Made by a program: the position numbers and the translations under genes
Shown here: positions 55,047-62,738 of the stretch, one piece after another
How the letters are laid out: each line of letters starts with the position of its first letter
How positions within the stretch are numbered: the first letter of the stretch is position 1
Assembly: GCA_049317385.1 (NCBI GenBank)
Contig: JBMOIJ010000005.1
Span: 43,800-107,799, forward strand
DNA: 64,000 nucleotides
Reading direction: 5' to 3'
Source of the DNA: Acidimicrobiia bacterium
Lineage (GTDB): Bacteria > Actinomycetota > Acidimicrobiia > IMCC26256 > JBMOIJ01
Notes under the pieces: model-generated
What the model was told of the DNA's origin: nothing
The model's input: only the letters and a program-made list of their open reading frames with translations
The model's database searches: none

Positions 55047-57050
55047 TCACGAACCGGTGGCGTGCAACGCATGAGCGCGGGCCACCACGTTGTCGACGGT
55101 GAAGCCGTAGGCATCGAGGACTTGCTGGCCCGGGCCGCTGGCCCCGAACCGACCGATGGCGATGACGTCATCGGCGACGGCGTCCCAGCCTTCGCGCACG
55201 CCCGCTTCGACGGCCAGGACAGGAACGCCCGCCGGGATGACCGCGTCGCGGGTGGCTGCGTCCTGGGCGAGGAACCCCTCGCGCCACGGCATGGACACTG
55301 CGCGTGCGGCGATGCTGTCGTGTTGCAGTTGCTTGGCGGCCGCGACCGCCAGCTGCGTCTCGGAACCCGTGCCGACGATCACGATCTGTGGCGTCGCGGC
55401 TGCTTCGCGCTCGAGGACGTATGCACCCGCCCGTATGCCGTCCCACGCGCCGTCGGCCGTGCCGGCGAGCACCGGCAGGTTCTGGCGCGTGAGAATCAGC
55501 GCGCTCGGCCCGGCATCGGCTTCGATGTGCAACCGCCACGCCGCCGCAGTCTCGTTCGCATCGGCCGGGCGCAGCACGCGCAGGTTCGGGATGGCGCGCA
55601 ACGACGCAACCTGCTCGACGGGTTGGTGCGTCGGTCCGTCTTCACCCACGCCGAGCGAGTCGTGGCTCCACACGAACGCAACCTTCGCGTCGGAGAGCGC
55701 CGCCATGCGCACCGCGGGCCGCATGTAGTCGGCGAACACGAGGAACGTGCCGCCGAAGGGCATTGAGCCGCCGTGCAGCGCCATACCCACCATGGCCGAA
55801 CCCATGCCGTGCTCGCGCACGCCGAAGTGCAACTGGCGACCACCCGGGTGCAACGAATCGGCGATCTCGCGCGCCACCTTCGTGCCGGTGTTGTCGGTGA
55901 GGTCGGCGCCCCCACCGATCAGTCCAGGAACCAAGTCCACGACCGAATCGAGCACCTTCACCGACGCGGCACGCGTGGCCACGCTTTCGCCTTCGCTCCA
56001 CGTGGGGAGCTTCTGGGCCCATCCGGCGCGGCCTTGGCCGGCGAGGGCGAGTTCGTACTCCTCGACGCGGTCGGTGTCGTTGGCACGAGCCGTGGCGAGT
56101 CGTTCCGTCCACTCGGCGCGCGCGCTGGCGCCACGGGCACCCGCGGCGCGGTACATCGCGAGCACGTCGTCGGGGACCGCGAACTTGGCGTCGGGGTCCA
56201 TGCCGAGCAGTTTCTTCACGACGCGGATCTCGTCCTCGCCGAGCGGCGCGCCGTGGGCCTTCGACGTGTCGGTGAACTTCGGTGACGGGTAGCCGATGTG
56301 GCTGCGGACCACTACGAGCGACGGCCGGTCGGTCTCGGCCATGGCTTCACGGAGGCCACGCTCCATCTCGTCGAGATCGTTCGCGGCTTCACCGAGCTGG
56401 ATGACCTGCCAGCCGTAGGACTCGAAGCGCTGCGGGATGTTCTCACTGAACGCAAGCTCGGTTCCGCCGTCGATGGTGATGTGGTTGTCGTCGTAGACGT
56501 ACACGAGCCGCCCGAGGCGCAGGTGGCCGGCCAGCGACGCCGCTTCATGACTCACGCCCTCCATGAGGTCGCCGTCGCCACAGATCGAGAAGATGTGGTG
56601 ATCGGTGAGGTCCGCCCCGAAGCGTGCGCGCAGGTTCGCTTCGGTGATGGCCATTCCCACGCCGTTCGCGAAGCCTTGGCCGAGCGGACCGGTGGTCACT
56701 TCGACGCCGGGCGTGTGGTGCACCTCCGGGTGGCCCGGGGTGCGCGAGCCGAGTTGGCGGAACTGTTCGATGTCGGAGAGTTCGAGACCGAACCCGGTGA
56801 GGTAGAGCAGCGAGTAGAGCAGCATCGACGCGTGGCCGGCGCTCAGGATGAAGCGGTCGCGGTCGGGCCACTGCGGGTCGGTGGCGTCATAGGTCATGAC
56901 CCGCGTGTAGAGCACGTGCGCCAACGGGGCGAGGGCCATGGGGGTGCCGGGGTGGCCGCTTTTGGCCTGCTGCACGGCGTCCATGGAAAGGGCGCGGATG
57001 ACGTCGATGCCGCGCTGTTCGAGCGCGGGGGTCACGGCGGCGTCGGTCAC
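55047..57050 (-). CDS. tkt: transketolase
   Basis: 667 aa. GHPG, ThDP motif GDGDLMEG, and HDSLGVGEDGPTHQPVE. Confidence 0.95.
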   Translation of the reverse strand: MTDAAVTPALEQRGIDVIRALSMDAVQQAKSGHPGTPMALAPLAHVLYTRVMTYDATDPQWPDRDRFILSAGHASMLLYSLLYLTGFGLELSDIEQFRQLGSRTPGHPEVHHTPGVEVTTGPLGQGFANGVGMAITEANLRARFGADLTDHHIFSICGDGDLMEGVSHEAASLAGHLRLGRLVYVYDDNHITIDGGTELAFSENIPQRFESYGWQVIQLGEAANDLDEMERGLREAMAETDRPSLVVVRSHIGYPSPKFTDTSKAHGAPLGEDEIRVVKKLLGMDPDAKFAVPDDVLAMYRAAGARGASARAEWTERLATARANDTDRVEEYELALAGQGRAGWAQKLPTWSEGESVATRAASVKVLDSVVDLVPGLIGGGADLTDNTGTKVAREIADSLHPGGRQLHFGVREHGMGSAMVGMALHGGSMPFGGTFLVFADYMRPAVRMAALSDAKVAFVWSHDSLGVGEDGPTHQPVEQVASLRAIPNLRVLRPADANETAAAWRLHIEADAGPSALILTRQNLPVLAGTADGAWDGIRAGAYVLEREAAATPQIVIVGTGSETQLAVAAAKQLQHDSIAARAVSMPWREGFLAQDAATRDAVIPAGVPVLAVEAGVREGWDAVADDVIAIGRFGASGPGQQVLDAYGFTVDNVVARAHALHATGS

Positions 57051-57136
57051 GGTGGCGGGCTCCTGGATCGGGTCGCGAAGGACGGAATCCTGGAATCCGC
57101 CCGGGCAGACGAGGCTAATGGACCGGGCCGAACCGG

Positions 57137-58315
57137 TCAGGTGAAGAGGGCCAGCGAGGCAGTGAACCCGTGCAGGAACGGCCGTCCGCCGATGGGTCCG
57201 ATCTCACCGGCGCAAAACGCCCCGGCCAGCGGAACCGGGCCCAGGAGTTCCTCGACGACACCGGTGTCGTGATCGGCCCACGGGAACAGGCTGGTGCCGC
57301 GGCCGTTGCATGTGAACAGGAGCGCCGCCCGGGCCCCGTCGTGACCGGTGAGGTGGTGGCGCAGGTCGTCGTCGGCGCTGGCGGCATCGCGAACGTGGAA
57401 CTGGAGCACCTGGCCGGTGTGGACATAATCGCCTATAGCCATCGCGCCGGTGCTGCGATCCGCGCCCAACACGTTGCGCACCAGGAAGTCGCCCCGGTCG
57501 AAGTCGACCTTGCGCTCGTCGACCACCACGCCGACGTGCAGACCGTTGCGCAGCATCAGGCGCGTTTCGTCGTCGAGTCCGTCGACGATGGTCTGGAACC
57601 GTTCGAGCGGTGGTGTTCCTCCGAGTTCGTAGACGAGGTTCTGATCGGCCCGGGTCACAGTGAAGGGGTCGCCGATCGGGCGGCACCCTTGGCTCACCAC
57701 GGTTTCCACTCGCGTGCTACCGCCGAGCAGCACGCCGACCGCGCCGTCGCGGAGCACGTTGCCATCGAGGATCAGCCGGTTTCCGCCCGGACCCCGACCG
57801 GCGCTCGCAAGTCCGCCGACGACCACGAGATGCGGATGCTCATCGGCCAGCTGCGCGCAGAATGCGTCGGCCGGGAACGAGAACGGATCGGCGAAGAGCA
57901 GCAATGTGTGCGCGGCATCGACGACGTTCGATGCCGGCCAACCATCGAAGACGACGCGGGCGCCGTCATCACCGGACTCGGAAGGCTCGGGTGCGATGAG
58001 GCGAACCGGTGTGACCGTGGCGTCGGCACCCCATTGCGCGGCGAGTGCACTGAGCGCCGGTTGCTCCTCGACCTCGCGGTTGCCGCCGGCGATCGAGACC
58101 GCGGTGCCACCGAAGGCGACTCTGGGTTCCACGATGTCGCGCACGGCGGCCAGCTCGTCGTCGAGCGCGCCCACGTGGTGCGGCGACGCGAACAGCACCA
58201 GCAGATCGGGCGACTCGCCGCCGAACCGGTCGAGCAGTTCGCCGGCGATCTCGCCGGCTGCCGCAGTGGGGATGGGATGGACCGAGAGGGCTGCGCCGAA
58301 CCGAGCGTCGGTCAC
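57137..58315 (-). CDS. FIST-domain signal-transduction protein
   Basis: 392 aa. FIST_C hallmark LLFTCNGRG...GAFCAGEIGP...HGFT. GTG start overlaps the upstream stop (GTGA). Confidence 0.7.
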   Translation of the reverse strand: MTDARFGAALSVHPIPTAAAGEIAGELLDRFGGESPDLLVLFASPHHVGALDDELAAVRDIVEPRVAFGGTAVSIAGGNREVEEQPALSALAAQWGADATVTPVRLIAPEPSESGDDGARVVFDGWPASNVVDAAHTLLLFADPFSFPADAFCAQLADEHPHLVVVGGLASAGRGPGGNRLILDGNVLRDGAVGVLLGGSTRVETVVSQGCRPIGDPFTVTRADQNLVYELGGTPPLERFQTIVDGLDDETRLMLRNGLHVGVVVDERKVDFDRGDFLVRNVLGADRSTGAMAIGDYVHTGQVLQFHVRDAASADDDLRHHLTGHDGARAALLFTCNGRGTSLFPWADHDTGVVEELLGPVPLAGAFCAGEIGPIGGRPFLHGFTASLALFT

Positions 58316-58698
58316 GGCGCGGCGATGGCCGTGAGCGGCACCACGATGGTCGAGCCGGATTCCACGATGGTGCAGTGCGCTTCGATGGTGCCGGGCGCGT
58401 CGAACGGGAGCTCCGGTCGGACGAGTCGGTACCCGAACTTGCCGGGTTCCACCTGGAGCGGTTGCACGTTGCGAGCCACCTGCTCGCCGTCGACGGTTCG
58501 GAACTCGGCCACGAAGGTGGCGCTGCCCGCGTCGTCAGCGGGCGCGCGCACGAGCGCAACGAGGTGCGGCGTGATGGTGGTGGGGAAGGAGTCGGCGGCG
58601 AACGAGAAGAACGCGCCGGTGAGGTCGATGCGCGTGGAGGGACCTTCGACCTGACGCAAGTCGATGCCTTCCACGAACAGTGCTGAGACGAATTCCAT
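58312..58698 (-). CDS. hypothetical protein (128 aa)
   Basis: ATG 58698. Probably beta-rich. Translationally coupled to the FIST gene. Family not recognised. Confidence 0.5.
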   Translation of the reverse strand: MEFVSALFVEGIDLRQVEGPSTRIDLTGAFFSFAADSFPTTITPHLVALVRAPADDAGSATFVAEFRTVDGEQVARNVQPLQVEPGKFGYRLVRPELPFDAPGTIEAHCTIVESGSTIVVPLTAIAAP

Positions 58699-58724
58699 GA
58701 CCGGCGAGCCTACGACCTCCCCCC

Positions 58725-58766
58725 GAGGCGTTTCTGAGCTGGGTATGTGACAGTCAGAAACGCACC
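58725..58766 (-). repeat. intergenic hairpin-forming repeat, copy B
   Basis: Its reverse complement matches 32748-32789 at 37/42 positions. Perfect 10-bp stem 58728-58737 / 58754-58763. It overlaps the lutC stop codon (58754-58756). Confidence 0.8.
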
Positions 58767-59299
58767 AGGACGGCGGTGACGCGGAGCGGGCCGTGGATCC
58801 CGATGGTGGAGATCATCTCGAGATCGCCCGTACGACTGGGTCCGCTCACCCAATGCAGGTTGCTCGGCATCGGATCAGGGAGCCGGGTGCACGCGGTCTC
58901 GAGCGAATCGACGACGGAATCGACCGGCACGATCACCACATGGTGTGGAGGGATCAGGCTCAGCGCGCGCGGTCGACCGGGGGCCGCCACCACGACCATC
59001 GTGCCGGTATCAGCCACCGCCACCACGCAACTGGTGACGCCGAGTGCCGCCCGCTCGACCAGGTCGGACCAACTCGGATCGTCGGCGGGCAACACGCCGC
59101 CGGCATCAATTGCGCCCGGAATGGCGCACGCGTCGACGACAGGATCGTTGACGGGGAGCGCGATCGGACCATCTGCCAGGGCCGCGACCTTGCTCGCAAC
59201 ATCACCCGCGTCGATCGGTCCGACGACGGACATGAGGTTCGCCTGTGCCTGGGTCGCGAACCGACCGACCGGGTTGGCCTCGGTCACCGTGACTGCCAC
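58754..59299 (-). CDS. lutC: lactate utilisation protein C (LUD domain)
   Basis: Inside ORF 58754..59464. Start is GTG 59299 or GTG 59287 (the latter is a GTGA overlap with the lutB stop). TGTMVVVA and SGPSRTGDLE...GIHGP motifs. Confidence 0.75.
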   Translation of the reverse strand: MAVTVTEANPVGRFATQAQANLMSVVGPIDAGDVASKVAALADGPIALPVNDPVVDACAIPGAIDAGGVLPADDPSWSDLVERAALGVTSCVVAVADTGTMVVVAAPGRPRALSLIPPHHVVIVPVDSVVDSLETACTRLPDPMPSNLHWVSGPSRTGDLEMISTIGIHGPLRVTAVLVRF

Positions 59300-60786
59300 T
59301 CGTCGAGGAACGAACGGGGTGCGGGCCGAGGCAGTTCGCGAGTAGCGGCCCAATGACGTGCGATAGGAAGTCGGGCGACCCCCCGGGGAGCCATCACCTG
59401 CAGCGTGCGGGTGATGCGCGTCGACCAGCGGTAGGTCCGGGGGCGACGCCACATGCGAGCCCACGTCATGAACGCGCGATGTTTCACGGTGTTGGAGCCG
59501 CGCGGCCGGTCAGGAAGCGCAGCTGTGGCCGCCGCCCACGAGTACCCCTCACCTGCCACGGTGCGCGGGCTCGGCGCCCGAGTGCCGGCGGACGCGTCGG
59601 CGGCGGGGGAGCCTTCGGTGCGCAGATCCGCGCGCAGCCGGACCAGCAGGTCGGCGAGCGGTATCTCCACCGGACAGGCCTCGGTGCACGCGCCGCACAA
59701 CGTGCTGGCAAACGGCAGCGCACGCCCGTCTTCGCCGCCGGTGAGCAACGGCATGAGCACCTTTCCCATCGGGCCGGTGTACACGGTGTCGTACGCATGA
59801 CCACTGACCGATCGGTACACCGGACACACGTTGAGGCATGCACCGCAGCGGATGCACGCCAGCATCTCTTCGTAAGGCGTACCCACGAGCGCGCGACGGT
59901 TGTGGTCCAGCAGCACCACGTGAAGTTCTTCGGGCCCGTCGGTCTCGCCGGCGCGACGCGGTCCGGTGAACATCGTGACGTAGTTGGTGAGCGCTTGTCC
60001 GGTTGCGCTGCGCGTGAGGAGGGGCAACAGCAGCGGCAGGTCCGAGAACCGGGGAATGACCTTCTCGATGGGAACGATGGCCACGTGCACCGGTGGCACC
60101 GTGGTGCAGTAGTCGGCGTTCCCCTCGTTGGTGACGAGCGCGATCGTGCCCGTGTCGGCACATGCGAAGTTTGCTCCCGTCACGCCGATGTCGGCGCGCA
60201 ACATGCGCGCACGTAGGCGCTCGCGCACCCAACTGGTGAGTTCATCGCGATCGGCGGGCAACGTTTCGCCGGACTCCTCGCTGAGGAGCTGCGCGATCTG
60301 GTCGAGCGTCTTGTGGATGGCCGGGGTGATCATGTGCGACGGGCGTTCGCCGGCCACCTGGATGATGTACTCGCCCAAGTCGGTTTCGAGGACTTCGAAG
60401 CCCTGCGCCTCGAGCGTGACGTTCAGGTTGATCTCCTCGGTGGCCATGCTCTTGGACTTCACGATGCGCCGGGCGTTGTGGGTCCGTGCGATCTGCGCCA
60501 CGACCGCGCAGGCGGCTTCAGGGGTGGCGGCGTGGTGGACCTGCGCGCCTACGCGAGTGAGGGAGGCCGCGAGCCGATCGATCCAGCCGTCGAGATCGGC
60601 CAATGTTTCGCGTCGGATGGCCGCCGCCCGGTCCTTCATGTCCGGCGTGGAGTCGGCCACCGCGCGTGCGGTGAACAGTCGCCGGTCGAGGTTGCTGATG
60701 GCCGACTGCAACTCGGTGTCGGCGACGGCGGCTTCGGTGCGGTCGCGCATCGTGGCGCCCGGCGTGACGATCTGGTGCCCGCTCAT
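59284..60786 (-). CDS. lutB: lactate utilisation protein B (4Fe-4S, LUD domain)
   Basis: ATG 60786 inside ORF 59284..61011. Ferredoxin motifs CIRCGACLNVCP and CGACTEACP. Confidence 0.85.
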   Translation of the reverse strand: MSGHQIVTPGATMRDRTEAAVADTELQSAISNLDRRLFTARAVADSTPDMKDRAAAIRRETLADLDGWIDRLAASLTRVGAQVHHAATPEAACAVVAQIARTHNARRIVKSKSMATEEINLNVTLEAQGFEVLETDLGEYIIQVAGERPSHMITPAIHKTLDQIAQLLSEESGETLPADRDELTSWVRERLRARMLRADIGVTGANFACADTGTIALVTNEGNADYCTTVPPVHVAIVPIEKVIPRFSDLPLLLPLLTRSATGQALTNYVTMFTGPRRAGETDGPEELHVVLLDHNRRALVGTPYEEMLACIRCGACLNVCPVYRSVSGHAYDTVYTGPMGKVLMPLLTGGEDGRALPFASTLCGACTEACPVEIPLADLLVRLRADLRTEGSPAADASAGTRAPSPRTVAGEGYSWAAATAALPDRPRGSNTVKHRAFMTWARMWRRPRTYRWSTRITRTLQVMAPRGVARLPIARHWAATRELPRPAPRSFLDEWQSR

Positions 60787-61523
60787 GACTGGTCTGCGTC
60801 GAGCCCGGCGGCGAGCACGTCCGCGATGTGGAGCGGGGTGGGACCCGCGCCGGTGCGTTCGCGCCGGCCGCGCAGGTGCAACAGGCAGGCGGTGTCGCAC
60901 ATCACCACGCAACTTGCGTCCGTGCCGGCGCTCATCGCGAGCTTGTCGTCGGCCAGATGTGCCGCGACCGCACTGTATTCGAGGGAGAAGCTCCCGCCGA
61001 AGCCACAACACGTTTCGGGTTCGTGCATCTCGACGAGCTCGGCGCCCGCCGCCGCCAAGAGCGCTCGCGGCTGGTCGCGTACGCCAAGGTTGCGCAGTCC
61101 GTGGCAGGCATCGTGGACGGTGACGCGTCGGTTCACCTGCGCGCCCAGATCCGTGCGACCGAGCACGTCGACGAGGTATTGGGTGAGCTCGTAGGTGTGC
61201 TGTGCAACCGACTGCGCACGGGTGCGCCAGTCGTCACCGAGCGGATCGAGGAGCCGCTCGTACCAGTGGTGCACGGTGGACGCACACGAGCCCGATGGCG
61301 CCACGATCGCATCGAAGGATTCGAACACCTCGACGAAGTGCTGCGCCAGGAGTGCGGCCGCTTCGGGTTCTCCTGCGGTCACGCCGGGTTGTCCGCAGCA
61401 TGTTTGGTCGAGCGGAACCTCAACCTGACATCCGGCGGCCTCGAGCAGTCGCACGGTGGCGTGCACGGTGTGCGGCGCGAACTGGTCGCCCAGGCAGGTG
61501 ACGAAGAGCGCGACGGTTGGCAC
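60783..61523 (-). CDS. lutA: lactate utilisation protein A ((Fe-S)-binding CCG-domain oxidoreductase)
   Basis: 246 aa. Two CCG motifs (QTCCGQP and ETCCGFGG). ATGA overlap with lutB. Confidence 0.85.
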   Translation of the reverse strand: MPTVALFVTCLGDQFAPHTVHATVRLLEAAGCQVEVPLDQTCCGQPGVTAGEPEAAALLAQHFVEVFESFDAIVAPSGSCASTVHHWYERLLDPLGDDWRTRAQSVAQHTYELTQYLVDVLGRTDLGAQVNRRVTVHDACHGLRNLGVRDQPRALLAAAGAELVEMHEPETCCGFGGSFSLEYSAVAAHLADDKLAMSAGTDASCVVMCDTACLLHLRGRRERTGAGPTPLHIADVLAAGLDADQS

Positions 61524-61583
61524 GTCGGCCGAGGGTAACCCGGTCGCGGCGAGCGGGTTCCGGGACCCCTGGCGGTACGGCGA

Positions 61584-62705
61584 TCACCGACTGATGGGTG
61601 CCTCCACGCCCCCGATCCAGAGCCGCCGCACACTCAGGTCCTGGGGATCGAGGGCGACGAGGTCGGCGCGTGCGCCCACGCGCAGCGCGCCACGGTCGGC
61701 TTCATCGGCGACCGTGGCGGGCACAGTGGCAACGCAGTCGACGGCGCGGGCGAACGGAATGCCGGCGTGGACAAGTGCGCGCAGCGCGCCGTCGAGGAGC
61801 GTCGTGGCCCCCGCCAACGTGTCGTCGGGGAGGTACGCCGCGCCGTTCCGCGCGACGACGGGCGGGTTGACCGCAACGGCGTCACTCACTACTGCGATGC
61901 GGGACCTCGCCGCCGTTGCGAGTCGCACGAGCACGGGGTCGACGTGGACGCCGTCGGCGATGAGGGTGGGGGTGAGCCGATCGTCGTCGAGTGCAGCTGC
62001 GGCCAATCCCGGGAATCGATGGTCGAGGCCGCTCATGGCGTTGAAGCAGTGCGTGACGACCGATGCGCCGGCATCGGCGGCGGCCCGGGCCACCTCGTAC
62101 GAACACTGAGAGTGTCCGAGCGCGACCCGCACGCCGTGCGCGCAGAGCAGCGCTGTGGCGCGGAATTCCGGGTCGCGTTCGGGGGCAAGGGTCACCATGT
62201 GGACGACCCCACGGTGCCGTTCGAGCAGACCCTCCAGCCAGGTGGGATCGGCGTCGCGCAACAGTCCGGATGGGTGCGCTCCCGAAGTGGCGAGAAACGG
62301 ACCCTCGAGGTGCGCGCCCAGGACTGCGGGCAACCCCTGGGAGACGGCATCGGTACGAGCCGCGGCGACGCGACGAAGGAAGTCGTCGTAGGAGTCGAGC
62401 GGGGAGCTGGTGAGCGTGGGACACCACGCTGTGACGCCCGACCGCCGCAACGCCAACCCGACCCGGCGGAACCCGTCGAGATCGGCCCGGGCCAGATCGT
62501 CAGTGCCGATCCCGTTCACTTGCAGGTCAACGAAGCCGGGGACCAGCAGGGCGTCTTCGCCATCGATGGAGTCGGCCGGCGCCGAGCCGGTACCGGTGCG
62601 CGCGATCCGTCCCTGGGTCAGAGAAACCCATTGCGGGAGGCCGGCGCGCTCGGCTCGGGTGATCACTGGCCGATGGGATCCATGCGCGAGGCTCGGACCC
62701 AGCAC
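61584..62705 (-). CDS. nagA: N-acetylglucosamine-6-phosphate deacetylase
   Basis: LVPGFVDLQVNG and GAHLEGPF amidohydrolase motifs. Start is ATG 62705 or GTG 62666. Confidence 0.8.
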   Translation of the reverse strand: MLGPSLAHGSHRPVITRAERAGLPQWVSLTQGRIARTGTGSAPADSIDGEDALLVPGFVDLQVNGIGTDDLARADLDGFRRVGLALRRSGVTAWCPTLTSSPLDSYDDFLRRVAAARTDAVSQGLPAVLGAHLEGPFLATSGAHPSGLLRDADPTWLEGLLERHRGVVHMVTLAPERDPEFRATALLCAHGVRVALGHSQCSYEVARAAADAGASVVTHCFNAMSGLDHRFPGLAAAALDDDRLTPTLIADGVHVDPVLVRLATAARSRIAVVSDAVAVNPPVVARNGAAYLPDDTLAGATTLLDGALRALVHAGIPFARAVDCVATVPATVADEADRGALRVGARADLVALDPQDLSVRRLWIGGVEAPISR

Positions 62706-62738
62706 CCACCGGCCCGGCCGAGATTAACCACGAGCTTC

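Noticed and set aside
32745-58768. The two inverted hairpin repeat copies considered as ends of a 26-kb composite transposon or genomic island.
   Set aside because: There is no transposase, integrase or tRNA gene. The enclosed genes are core metabolism (PPP, heme, carotenoid, F420). The repeats are only about 42 nt, and I see no direct target duplications.
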